64,000 bases of DNA from Tubulanus polymorphus. Taxonomy: Eukaryota > Animalia > Nemertea. The position numbers were made by a program, and so were the translations under genes. This document shows, piece after piece, positions 1-12,820 of the stretch. Location: assembly GCF_964204645.1 (NCBI RefSeq), contig NW_027437466.1:1-64000 (forward strand), written 5' to 3'. How positions within the stretch are numbered: position 1 is the stretch's first letter; each line of letters opens with the position of its first letter. Under the pieces are notes generated by a model, which made no database searches, had not been told where the DNA came from, and was given only the letters and a program-made list of their open reading frames with translations.

Positions 1-1430
1 TGAAATATGACCTAGCTGTTATCAGTCTCTGGGAGGTTGATATCAAACGCTTTTTGTAGCCAACTTTCCTTTTCAAAATATAAAAATCCCCGGCTACGCG
101 TCTTTTATGATAGTATTGGGACCATGGGCACATCCAGATACGTGCTATACCAGTCATCGCATTATATTGAAATGGTTGACGCCGGTACTAAACTATTTGA
201 AATGAAAATTTATGGCGACGTGTGACTTTCAAAAAACATTGCCACCGTAAAGTTCCGTATGCATAGGTAAAATTTAAAATTGCTTTAGCAAATACACGTT
301 CACTAAGGAGCAAAATAGTATCAAATGGTTAGATTTGATTTTCATCCCATTTAAATCGAAATTTAGAGTAGGATATATATAAAAAGGTTCAAATAATGTA
401 AGAACCCAATCAAATTGAAATCGGCGGAAACTAACCGAAGAATGTCATCAACGTAACGTCGCCAAATTTTGGGTCTACATTCAGTGTAAAGAGGAAGAAC
501 TTTGTTTTCAACGTGTTCCAAAAATAAACCAGCTAAAACAGGGATGATTGTTTACCCCATAGCCAAACTAAAAGTCTGTGTTTAAAAAAATTAGAACCAA
601 ATAGAAGATAAGAGTAGTAAATCCAAGAGATATATGCGATTTCTACGGTATCCCTTGTGTTTTCATTAAAATAGGTAACTTTCTCCTAAGAAAATACAAC
701 CAAGTTTAAAAGTAACATTAGTGAATAAGCTCTCAACATCAAATTATCTATATAATTTATCATGCTCAGGAATAACATTTTTAGACATTCTAATAAACCC
801 TGATTATTACTAAGTCATCTTCACCCGTTAAGATATTCGAACCCACTACGCTAAAGCCTTTAAACGAACGCCTTGACCTAATAAGTCGTTTTTGTCGTTA
901 TAAGCCGACTAGAATCACGTCAGGCCAATCACATCGCTTGTAACAAACGACATTAGACTTCCTTAAGAATTCCCGTTTAGATGGACCAATCAACGAGCAT
1001 TTTACCGAACAAGGAAGCATTTCGCAAGTCGATATATTATGTCATGCGCAAAGCGCCAGTAATGAAATCGCGCGTCTTGAGGCCAAGAGGGTGGTGGATG
1101 CGAGTTCGGGGAGCGATACCGGATGCCTTGCAAGCTAGGATGGACGTAATTAGGCTTTCGAAAATGAGCCAAAGAACCGATTAATTTCTGAGAGGTTTGA
1201 TTTGTGTTTTTTGAATACACGTCTTGGTTGGTTGTTGAGATCTTTAATTTAGAATTATGTGATTTAATATCCATAAACACATCGTGTTTAATAAAAATGA
1301 TAAATTTCATGATTTAAAATTAGAATTATAGGATATTTTCAATCATCAATATACACTATTTACAGATTTTAAACCGCAGCCAAAGATGTCCATTCCCAAA
1401 TATGTTAACTGAAAGCAAACGTATCAAAAT
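1..1430 (-). repeat. Degenerate copy of a ~1.1-kb Penelope-RT-derived repeat unit, interrupted by unrelated sequence at about 815-1330
   Basis: The minus strand encodes decayed RT motifs (WRRYVDDILRLVS at ~430-465, PVLAGLFLEHVE at ~505-545). The sequence matches 4640-5762 and 9480-12820. Confidence 0.8.
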
Positions 1431-1440
1431 ATGAAATACT

Positions 1441-2770
1441 GTTTGGGATGTCGGGAGCTCCTGGTGGTATCACGTCGCCGTGGAACTTAATCCCGGTACC
1501 GAAAAGTTTGCCGATATTTTCTCCAGTTACTATCTCGGGAAAATGAAGCTCTGAAAAACCTTGACAGTTTTCGGTTCTGTATTTTCAGCTTAGGGGTGAA
1601 CAATTATCTTTAAAGTTACTCGTTTTTAATTGTTTGATGCCGCTTGGATCCTATGTTGATACCAAATTGTGCTGCTGCTGTTGTTGCTCCTATATTGACG
1701 GATGCTGCTGCTCCCATGTTGACGGATGCTGCCTCTCCTATGTTGATGGATGCTGCTGCTCCTATGTTGACGGTTGCTGCTAGAAAACTCAATTCATTCT
1801 TTCACTTTTATTCATCGTCGAAAGATTCTAATTCATTCTTATATGAAATGAACACATACTCAACCATTCAGATTAAATAAAGATCCCATGTTTTAATGTT
1901 GACTATTCAATCGATTTTGTTTCCAGTGTGCTATCAATCTAAAACAGATAAGATTGCTTAACACTTAGGCGAAACTAACAGCAATGAATATGTTGAATAC
2001 TCACCGTTATATTCTAAAAGTAATCGAAAATATGTTTCTGACTTGTCGAGATATCTATCACTAGGGCGTTTTGGGTATCTACAAACAAAAACTAAAGATT
2101 GTAAGATTTCCGAACGAAAAGGTCAACTATCAGAATAAAATGAATTGAACTTGACAAATTAAACTAGGCTTGAGATCTAATTCAGTTTTTGAAGAATGAT
2201 ACTATACACCTACAACAAACTTACCAGATATGTTGGGATTTTCTGACTTGGCTTTGGTGGGTAATCATATCTCAATACAGGCTCTTCACTGGTGTACGTG
2301 CGCTATACGTGGTGGCTGGTTCTCGAATGAAGCTCTAACCAAGCGTTACCACAATAACATTTGGGCGGCGACTATTGTGTGGAAGTTCGATCATATCGTG
2401 ACCCAAAATTGACACAATGAAGTACGTGTACTAAAATATTCGAACTCTATTACTAAACTGTCTGCTTCATTCTTTTATGGTATATGCGGGTTTAATATAC
2501 CAACTTCAGCGGGTTTAGAACGCGGCTACAAGACCGAAACAAGAGGCGGAATAAATAATTGATGGCCAAATGTTATCAAAAATTTGATGATTTCAAATCA
2601 TTTGTTTTGCTAAATAGTGTTCCCAGTTTTATTAGGAGGCTACGGCAATTTACTGTAATCTGTATTTTATATTCTCGACTTCAGTCGTGTCTTGGTTATC
2701 ACCAGTATTTTTAGTATTGTCGATTCGTTTTATTAATTGGGGATATTTGACAGGGAGGACTGAGTATGAA
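1441..2770. repeat. Duplicated block B, copy 1 (copy 2 at 16847-18440)
   Basis: Both copies start gtttgggatgtcgggagc. They contain the paired ORFs 1644/17050 and 2230/17783, the latter near-identical (MLGFSDLALVGNHISIQAL...). Confidence 0.9.
1660..1780 (+). repeat. 24-bp minisatellite (gatgctgctgctcctatgttgacg-like; reads DAAAPMLT)
   Basis: About 4-5 tandem units. A shorter version lies at ~17075-17170. Confidence 0.8.
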
Positions 2771-3900
2771 TAAAATAAAATGTTGAAAAGTAGGAAAATA
2801 TTTACATAAAAACTGAAGTCATCCTCAATCCTCCTTGTCAAACATCCCCCAGTAACAAACGACTTAACCATTCTGAAAATACTCGAGAAATACAAAACAC
2901 AACCGAAGCCGAGATTGAAACAGATAAAAGAAAATGTTGAAAATTCGAAAAATATTCACATAACAAACTGAAGCCATATTCAATTCTCATTCCAAAACAT
3001 ACCCCATTACAAAAAACGACTGTGCTCATGCACACCTTACAAAAACGAGAAAACGAAACACGCCCGAAGCCGATATTAAAACAGATAAAAGAAAATGTTG
3101 AAAATTCGGAAAATATTTACAATAAAAACTGAAGCTATTCTCAATCCTCCTTGTCAAACATCCTCCTGTAACAAACCACACGACCATTCTGAAAATACTC
3201 GAGAAAACGAAACACGACCGACGCCGTTATTGAAACACATGAAACAAAAAGTTGATAATTTGGAAAATATTTACACTAAAAACTGAAATCATCCTCAGTC
3301 CTTCTTGTAAATCATCCCCAGTAACAAACGAATCGACCATTCTATATATACTTGATAAATCAAAACATGACCGAAGCCAATATTTAAACAGATAAAAGAA
3401 AATTTTGAAAATTCGGAAGATATTTACATCAAAAACTGACGTCATCGTCAATCCTCCTTGTCAAAGATCGCCCAGTAACAAACCAATTGGTCATTCTGGA
3501 AATACTCAAGAAAACGAAACACGACTGAAGCCGATATTAAAATAGATAATAAAAGAAAATGTTGAAAATTCTGAAAATATTTAGATTTAAAACTTGAGTG
3601 ATCCTCAATCCTCCTTGTCGAACATCCCCAGTAACAAACGACTCGACCATTCTGAAAATACTCGAGAAAACGAAACACGACCGAAGCCGATATTAAAACA
3701 GATAAAAGAAAATGTTAAAAATTCGGGAGATATTCACATAAAAAAACTGAAGTCATCCTCAAACCTTGTTGTCCAACATCCCCCAGTAACACACGACTCG
3801 ACCATTCTAAAATACTTGAGAAAAACAAAACACGACCGAACCCGAGATTTAAACAGATAATACAAAATGTTGGAAATTCGGAAAATATTCAAGCAACAAA
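2770..3900. repeat. ~155-bp AT-rich satellite, about 7 tandem units
   Basis: The marker aaaactgaagtcatcctcaatcctccttgtcaaacatcccc recurs at ~2810, 2966, 3128, 3280, 3433, 3590 and 3745. Confidence 0.9.
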
Positions 3901-4630
3901 ATGCGACCATCACTAAGTTTCACTGTCTGCGGCCGTTTCACGTCACTCATTTTGCTCCCAGATCTCTATCCAGGAATTAGTCATTGATTGCTATACTCAA
4001 TATAATTAACTATGATAGATCCATCAATGATTAAATTATAAACATGGAATACGACATGTCACAGATTAAAAAACTTGGTTTGACAGTTTGTAGTTAGTGA
4101 GTCATGTTGTTGAAACATGTGGATAGGTAATTAGCTAGAATAGTTTGCGTATGAGCAGAGTCTGGTTAGTTCAGAAGGAAGAGTAGTGAAATACCTTAAA
4201 CCTGACAAGTCAAACGAGAGGTTTTTTATCCGTAACAAGTATTTGGTAATTGGCATATGATGGTTTTGTCAACCGTTAATGACCAAAAGCAGAACTTCAG
4301 TATAATACCCGATCAACGTACCCCCATCACGGATCGTTGGGGCTGAATGAGAAAAACGATCAGAAGTTTATAGAATAGGATTAATCAATTTGATGTCTGC
4401 GGTGTGAGAATTAGTGATGTATTGATCCCACTAGAGGTCGGTAGCGTAATTTGAATAAGCGATACAAGAAAACCATTAATATACATATTCACGACCTTGA
4501 AAGTTTCATAACGTGTGGTTTCTTTGATTTTTCCAGGTATTTATGTCGCTATTTGGTAGAAATATCTTCAGTCAGACTGTGCACATGCACACCTCAGCCG
4601 ATAGTAAAACAGATAAAAGAAAATGTTGAA
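3900..4630. repeat. Duplicated block D, copy 1 (copy 2 at ~8340-8990; partial copy at ~18790-18960)
   Basis: Near-identical sequence from atgcgaccatcactaagtttcac onward. ORFs 4451 and 8810 are near-identical. Confidence 0.9.
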
Positions 4631-4639
4631 AATCCGTAT

Positions 4640-5762
4640 GTTGAAAGTTCCGTATGCTTAGGTAACATTTCAAAATAGCTATAGCAAATACACCTTCACT
4701 AAGGAGCAAAATAGTATCAAATAGTGAGATTTTATTTTCATTCCAGTTAAATCAAAATTCAGAGTAGGATATACAAGGAGTTCAAATAATGTAGGAACCT
4801 AATCAAATTGAAATCGGCGGAAACTAACCAAAGAATAACATCAACGTAACTTCACCGAAGTTTGGGTCTACTTTCAGTGTAAAGAGGAAGAACTTTGCTT
4901 TCAACGTGTTCCAAAAATAAACCAGCTAAAACAGGGCCGATTGTATACCCCATAGCCATACTAAAAGTCTGTTTAAAAACAATTAGAACCAAATAGAAAA
5001 TATGAGTTTTGTACAAAGTTCGATTAAATCCAAGAGACAATCAGTAATCTGCGATTTCTACGGTATCCCTTGTGTTTTCATCAAAATGAAAATCAGAAGT
5101 AGGTTACTTTCTCCTAAGAAAATCCATAGAAGGTTTAAAAGTAACATTAGTGAATAAGCTCGCAACATCAAAATATATAGATAATTTATCATGCCCATTT
5201 TAGACATTCTAATGAACCCTGATTATAATCAATATATCTACTATTAACAGATTTTGAACTGCAGCCAAAGTCCATTCCCAAATAGGATGGTTTCCAAAAC
5301 AGGTAAGCCTGCTTATCTGAAGGCAAACATCGAACCTACCAAAATGATTTTGATATTTCATTCCCCTTTCCATCTTCACGATGCGGAATGAGTTTACAAC
5401 CGACATAAGATGCCAATGAGTTTAATCTTAATGGTCGAATCGCGTTAAGACTAATCAAAGCAATAGTATTTCGACCTATTGCCTAAATCTTTGAAATATG
5501 GCCCAGTTGTTATCAGACTCTGGGTAGTTGATATCAAACTCTTTTTGTAGCCAACTTTCTATTTCAAAATTTCAAAATCCCCGGCTACGGGTCTGTTATG
5601 AAAGTATTGAGACCAAGAGCATATCCAGATACGTGCTATACCAGTCATCGCGTGATATTGAAATGGTTGACGATGGTACTAAACTATTTGAAATCAAAAT
5701 TCATTGCATCGTGTGACTTTCAATAACAATGCCACCATAAGGTCTTGGATGCTTAGGTAACA
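4640..5762 (-). repeat. One full ~1.1-kb Penelope-RT-derived repeat unit
   Basis: Minus-strand ORF 4852-5040 reads KQTFSMAMGYTIGPVLAGLFLEHVESKVLP. Same unit as the array at 9480-12820. Confidence 0.85.
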
Positions 5763-6739
5763 TCTCTTTTATTTTTCGACGGTTTTTTTTTTAGTACAAA
5801 TTAATGTTATTAAACAAGTCAATGGTATACAAAATGAATACATGCTAAGGTCCAGAGGATATTACAAGCAATTACCTTCAAGCAAGGACCTTCTTGGTGA
5901 CAGTCGAAACTGCAGCTTTCCCTCGTTCTCTGGTATCTTCTTCAACACTGTACTGAAAATATTCGTAGTCCTACCGTGGTCCAATGCCTCCTATGTGTGA
6001 TGTCCTGTAAAAATCAAATTTACCTATAGACTTGCGATGCAAATCTTTGAAAATAATCATTTCAGGATGATACGTACTATTTCGGATTTCGGATACTTCT
6101 CGACTGGTATGTAGCTTTAACCAGGTGCTTAATCGCTGATGTGTGCTTTATTCGTCCTTTTTCAGTGGCTGTTATGTGGGCTGGCCTGTAGAATACAAAA
6201 CTATCTATAGAAATGCAATCTACTCAATTGGATTTGAAAAAATAATTAGATGAAAAAAACATACCTTTTCTTTCAATATCTCCCTCTTTGTAGTTAGTAT
6301 GTCGATTCATTCAAGTGTTGAATCGATGCCGTGCGTTTGGCTAGATTCGTCATCAGTGCCAATACTCGTACTGCTGTCAATGCATCTGATGTGTGATGGC
6401 CTGCAAAAATCAATATCATCAATAGATTTACAATTTATAAATGCAAGTCTTTGAAAATAATCATTTCAGGATAATACTTACCACTTCGAAATGCGTGACT
6501 GATATGGGGCTTACCAGGCACTTTATCGCTGCTGTGTTTTTCATTCGCACTGTTGTTCAGTGGCTGCTATAGAAATGCAATCTACTTAATCGGATTTGAA
6601 AAACTAATTGGATGTAGAAACACGTACTTTCCCTAATTTTAGCAAGTATGTCGATTCATTCAGGTGCTGAATCGATGCCGTGTGCTAGGATAATACGTAC
6701 TTCTTCGGAATTGGGATACTTCATGGCTGATATAGAGCT

Positions 6740-6822
6740 AGTAATAGGGGATAAGTTGTTTCAAGCAAAGGTCGAAAGCTTTGAGTCAACCTTTGACTTC
6801 AAACAACTTATCCCCTATTACT
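6740..6822. other. Long hairpin with a perfect 22-bp stem, copy 1
   Basis: agtaataggggataagttgttt (6740-6761) pairs with aaacaacttatcccctattact (6801-6822). An inner caaaggt/acctttg stem is also present. Confidence 0.9.
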
Positions 6823-6960
6823 CTATCCAATCACAAGTCTCATAATTTACAAGTCTCACACGCTGGGTATTCCCCGTTACTCTAGCCAATCACAAGCCTC
6901 ATAATTCACAAGTCTCAACTCGCAGCTGAGGAATCCCCAATGTTGAGTAGTATAAATAGG
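6823..6960 (+). promoter_or_regulatory. Putative Pol II promoter with two CCAAT boxes in a 59-bp duplication, acaagtctca-type repeats and a TATA box
   Basis: CCAAT at 6827 and 6886; TATAAA at 6951; ATG of a zinc-finger frame at 7047. Confidence 0.5.
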
Positions 6961-7046
6961 CGGGTGTTTCTGGGATACTCATACGAGGCGGGACGCGTTG
7001 AGACTTAAGTGTTATGTTCAATTTTAATAAAAAATTTGATATTAAA

Positions 7047-8010
7047 ATGAAAGCAAACAAGAAGTACTACTGTTTAACATGTAAAATAAGTATAGATTAA
7101 TCTCAAAAAGCAAGACATAATAAAACTAAATCTCACTTAGAAAATAGATTAAACTTAGAATATAGAGATGATATATTAGAAAATAAATTAGAGGAATTGA
7201 AGAATAAAAGAGAAACATACAAATGTGATACATGTAATCAATTATTATGTGACAAAAGATATTATGAACAACATTTAAAATCTAAAAGTCATATTACAAA
7301 TATCAATAATGATATTTTAGGTAAAGAATATTTTGATAAAGATAATGATAAGAAACAGAAGACAATTAAAAGAATAAAAAATAAATTAAACAATACCATT
7401 TGTGGAAGATGTATGAAATTATATTTCTTCATAAGATAATAAATATTAATATCACTTATAAAAATCAAAACAAAATATTAGCAGAATCAGTTTTGAGTAA
7501 TTTAGAATCATCTAGAATTAAAAGAATAAGTAATAGTAATGAAATAGAAAATGTAACCGACACAGAAATGAAAATAAAAGAGTATTTAAAAAAAGAATTA
7601 ATGAATTATTTGAAATAATAAAAAATAATTTAGAAACAGAAACAACTTATGAACAGAATATAACTTCCAAAACTAGTGAACTTAAATCAAATTAAATTCC
7701 AATTGAAAAACTTTTACCAAATGGGTTACTTGATGCAACAGATCAAGAATTAGAAGATTTAAATATATTTTCTGATAAAGCAATTAGAGAAATTATAAGT
7801 AGAAGACTTGTATCTGATAAAATTGCGCATGATAAAAGTATAAGAGATTTTAAAATTAGAACTTTAGAAAAAGATAGAACTAATAAAATTAAAAAATAGG
7901 ACAATTAAAATTAGATAGAGATAATAAAGTTATTGAAGAAATTGAATTTAAAAAAAGAAATGCATATTTAGAAAAAGAAAAAGATGATTTAGAATATATT
8001 CTTAAAAAAT
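7047..8010 (+). pseudogene. Disrupted AT-rich, intronless ORF with matrin/JAZ-type C2H2 zinc fingers and a K/E-rich tail
   Basis: From ATG 7047 the frame reads MKANKKYYCLTCKISID*SQKARHNKTKSH, in frame with YKCDTCNQLLCDKRYYEQHLKSKSH and ICGRC. Stops and frameshifts follow. Confidence 0.6.
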
Positions 8011-9480
8011 CGGAAATTATTTACACTAACAACTGAAGTCATCCTCAATCTGCCTTGTCAAACATCCCCCAGTAACAAACGACTCGACCATTCTGAAAAT
8101 ACTCGAGAAAACGAAACACGACCGAAGCCGATATTAAAACAGATAAAAGAAAATGTTAAAAATTCGGAAGATATTCACATAAAAAAACTGAAGTCATCCT
8201 CAAACCTCGTTGTCCAACATCCCCCAGTAACACACGACTCGACCATTCTAAAATACTTGAGAACAACAAAACACGACCGAACCCGAGATTTAAACAGATA
8301 ATACAAAATATTGGAAATTCGGAAAATATTCAAGCAACAAAATGCGACCATCACTAAGTTTCACGTCTGCGGCCGTTTCACGTCACTCATTTTGCTCCCA
8401 GATCTCTATCCAGGAAATAGTCATTGATTGCTATACTCAATATAATTAACTATGATAGATCCATCAATTCGTAAATTATAAACATGGAATACTACATGTC
8501 ACAGATTAAAAACCTTGGTTTGACAGTTACAGAAAAAAGAGTAGTGAAAAACCTTAAACCTCACAAGTCAAACGAGAGGTTTTTTTATCCGTAACAAGTA
8601 TTTGGTAATTGGCATACGATGGTTTTGTCAACCGTTAATGACCAAAAGCAGAACTTCAGTATAATACCCGATCAACGTACCCCAATCACGGATCGTGAGG
8701 GCTGAATGAGAGAAACGATCGGAAGTTTATAGAATGGGATTAATCAATTTGATGTCTGCGGTGTGAGAATTAGTGATGTATTGATCCCACTAGAGGTCGG
8801 TAGTGTAATTTGAATAAGCGATACATGAAAACCATTAATATACATATACACGACCTTGAAAGTTTCAGCACGTGTGGTTTCTTTGATTTTCCCCGGTATT
8901 TATGTCGCTATTTGGTAGAAATATCTTCAGTCAGACTGTGCACATGCACACCTCAGCCGATAGTAAAACAGATTAAAAAAAATGTTGAAAATTCGGAAAA
9001 TATATTCATTAAAAACTGAAGTCATCCTCAACCCTCCTTGTCAATCATCCCCCATCAACAAACGACTTGACCATTCTAAAAATACTCGAGAAAACGAAAC
9101 ACGACCGAAGCCGATATTAAAACATATAAAAGAAAACGTTGATAATTAGGAAATTATTACATTAAAAACTGAAAACATTCTCACTCCTTCTTGTCAAACA
9201 TCCCCCAGTAACATACGATTCGACCATTCTAAAAATATTTAAGAAAAACAAAACACGACCGAAGCCGATGTTAAAACAGATAAAAGAAAATGTTAATAAT
9301 TCGGAAAACATTCTCATAAAAAACTGAAGTCATCCTCAAACCTCGTTGTCCAACATCCCCCAGTAACAAACGACTCGAGCATTCTAAAAAAACTCGAGAA
9401 AACGAAACACGACCGAAGCCGATATTATATCGGGTAAAAGAAAATGTTGATAATTCGGAAAATATTTATATTAACAACTG
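8010..9480. repeat. 155-bp satellite units flanking copy 2 of block D
   Basis: 8040-8990 duplicates ~3600-4630. Further satellite units lie at 8955-9480. Confidence 0.85.
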
Positions 9481-12400
9481 ACTAATCAAATCAATAGTAT
9501 TTCGACCTATTGCCTAAATCTTTGAAATATGGCCCAGTTGTTATCAGACTCTGGGTAGTTGATATCAAACTCTTTTTGTAGCCAACTTTCTTTTTCAAAA
9601 TTTCAAAATCCCCGGCTACGGGTCTGTTATGAAAGTATTGAGAAGAACTTTGCTTTCAACTTGTCCCAAAAATAAACAAGCTAAAACTGGGGAGATTGTA
9701 TGACTCATAGCCATACTAAAAGTCTGTTTGAAAAAAAAATTGGAATCAAATTGAAAATAAGAGTTTTTTGGACAAAGTTCGATTAAATCCAAGAGACAAT
9801 CACTATCTACGATTTCTACGGTATTCCTTGTCTTTTTATCCAAATGAAAATCAGAAGTAGGTAACTTTCTCCTAAGAAAATCCATAGAAGGTTTAAAAGT
9901 AACATTAGTGAATACGCTCGCGACATCAAAATATATAAATAATTTATCATGCCCATTTTAGACATTCTAATAAACCCTGATTATTATCAATATATCCACT
10001 ATTTACGGATTTTGAACCACAGCCAAAGATGTCCATTCCCAAATAGGATGGTTTCCAAAACAGGTAAGCCTGCTTATCTGAAGGCAAACGTATCGAACCT
10101 ACCAAAATGATTTCGATATTTCATTCCTCTTTCTATCTTCTTCATGATGCGGAAAGAGCTTACAACCGACATAAGATGCAAATGAGTTTAATCTTAATCG
10201 TCGAATCGCGTGAAGACTAATCAAAGCAATAGTCGACCGATTGCCTAAATCTTTGCAATATGGCCCAGTTGTTATCAGACTCTGGGTAGTTGATATCAAA
10301 CTCTTTTTGTAGCCAACTTTAATTTTCAAAATTTCAAAATCCCCGGCTACGGGTCTGTTATCAAAGTATTGAGACCAAGGGCACAACCAGATACGTGCTA
10401 TACCAGTCATCGCGTGATATTAAAATGGTAGACGCTGTGTACTAAACTATTTGAAATGACAATTTATGGCAACGTGTGACTTTCAAAAACATTGCCACCG
10501 TAAAGTTTCGTATGCTTAGGGAACATTTCAAAATTGCTATAGCAAATACACGTTCACTAAGGAGCAAAATAGTATCAAATGATTAGATTTTATTTTCACC
10601 CCACTTAAATCGAAATCTAGAGTAGGATTTATAAAGAGTTCAAATAATGTAAGAACCTAATCAAATTGAAATCGGCGGAAACTAACCGAAGAATATCATC
10701 AACGTAACGTCGCCAAAGTGTGGGTCTACTTGCAGTGTGAAGAGGAAGAACTTCGCTTTCAACGTGTTCCAAAAATAAACCAGCTAAAACAGGGATGATT
10801 GTATACTCCATAGCCATACTAAAAAACTGTTTAAAAAAAAAATTAGAACCAAATAGAAAATATGAGTTTTTTTAACAAAGTTCGATTAAATCCAAGAGAC
10901 AATCACTATCTGCGATTTCTACGGTATCCCTTGTGTTTATATCAAAATGAAAATCAGAAGTAGGTAACTTTCTCCTAAGAAAATCCATAGAAGGCCTAAA
11001 AGTAACATTAGTGAATAAGCTCGCAACATCAAAATATATAAATAATTTATCATGCCCAGGAATAACATTTTTAGACATTCTAATAAACCCTGATTATTAT
11101 CAATATATCCACTGTTTACAGATTTTGAACTGCAGCCAAAGATGTCCATTCCCAAATAGGATTGTTTTACAAAACAGGTAAGCCTGCTTATCTGAAGGCA
11201 AACATATCGAACCTACCAAAATGATATCGATATTTCATTCGCCTTTCTATCTTCATGATGCGGAAAGAGTTTACAACCGACATCAGATGCCAATGAGTTT
11301 AATCTTAATCGTCGAATCGCGTTAAGACTAAATCAAATCAATAGTATTTCGACCTATTGCCTAAATCTTTGAAATGTGGTCCAGTTGTTATCAGACTCTG
11401 GGTAGTTGATATCAAACTCTTTTTGTAGCCAACTTTCCTTTTCAAAATTTCAAAATCCCCGGCTACGGGTCTGTTATGAAAGTATTGAGACCAAGGGCAC
11501 ATCCAGATACGTGCTATGCCAGTCATCGTGTGATATTGAAATGGTAGACGCCGGTACTAAACTATTTGAAATGACAATTTATGGCAACGTGTGACTTTCA
11601 AAAACATTGCCACCGTAAAGTTCCGTATGCTTAGGGAACATTTCAAAATTGCTACAGCAAATACACGTTCACTAAGGAGCAAAATAGTATCAAATGGTTA
11701 GATTTTATTTTCACCCCACTTAAATCGAAATTTAGAGTAGGATATACAAACAGTTCAAATAATGTAAGAACCTAATGAAATTGAAATCGGCGGAAACTAA
11801 CCGAAGAATATCATCAACGCAACGTCGCCAAAGTGTGGGTCTACTTTCAGTGTGAAGAACTTTGCTTTCAACGTGTTCCAAGAATAAACCAGCTAAAACA
11901 GGGGTGATTGTATACTCCATAGCCATACTAAAAAACTGTTAAAAATATTAGAACCAAATAGAAAATATGAGTTTTTTTAACAAAGTTCGATTAAATCCAA
12001 GAGACAATCACTATCTGCGATTTCTACGGTATCCCTTGTGTTTTTATCAAAATGAAAATCAGAAGTAGGTAACTTTCTCCTAAGAAAATCCATAGAAGGT
12101 CTAAAAGTAACATTAGTGAATAAGCTCGCAACATCAAAATATATAGATAATTTATCATGCCCATTTTAGACATTCTAATAAACCCTGATTATTATCAATA
12201 TATCCTCTGTTTACAGATTTTGAACTGCAGCCAAAGATGTCCATCCCCAAATAAGATTGTTTTACAAAACAGGTTAGCCTGTTTATCGGAAGGCAAACAT
12301 ATCGAACCTAGCAAAATGATATCGATATTTCATTCCCCTTTCTATCTCCATGATGCGGAAAGAGCTTACAACCGACATAAGATGCCAATGAGTTCAATCT

Positions 12401-12820
12401 TAATCGTCGAATCGCGTTAAGACTAATCAAATCAATAGTATTTCGACCTATTGCCTAAATCTTTGAAATATGGCCCAGTTGTTATCAGACTCTGGGTAGT
12501 TGATATCAAACTCTTTTTGTAGCCAACTTTCCTTTTCAAAATTTCAAAATCCCCGGCTACGGTTATGAAAGTATTGAGACCGAGGGCACATCCAGATACG
12601 TTCTATACCAGTCATCGCGTTATATTGAAATGGTTGACGCCGGTACTAAACTATTTGAAATGACAATTAATGGCGACGTGTGACTTTCAAAAACATTGCC
12701 ACCGTAAAGTTCCGTATGCTTAGGAGGTAACATTTCAAAATTGCTATAGTAAATACACGTTAACTAAGGAGCAAAATAGTATCAAATGGTTAGATTTTAT
12801 TTTCATCCCACTTAATTCGA
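9480..12820 (-). repeat. Tandem array of about 3.4 Penelope-RT-derived ~1.1-kb units
   Basis: The unit marker actaatcaaa.caatagt occurs at ~9481, 10217, 11328 and 12422. The minus strand reads FDVASLFTNV, FQF..FFKQTFSMAM and WRRYVDDILRLV. Confidence 0.9.

Noticed and set aside
37-225. Recurrent plus-strand ORF MISN.FCSQL... (also at 5528 and 11406)
   Set aside because: It recurs only because the repeat unit does; it is broken in other copies and has no recognisable domain.
815-1330. GC-richer insert with two CCAAT boxes and ORFs 981/1002
   Set aside because: No TSD, termini or protein motifs could be established.
4520-4575. Minus-strand CTGAAGA...GAAA hammerhead-like core in block D
   Set aside because: Stem II does not close next to GAAA, and no stems I or III form.
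6740-6822. CRESS-virus origin or pre-miRNA reading of the hairpin
   Set aside because: There is no nonanucleotide in the loop, no Rep gene in the window and no expression data. It is kept only as an unexplained conserved hairpin.
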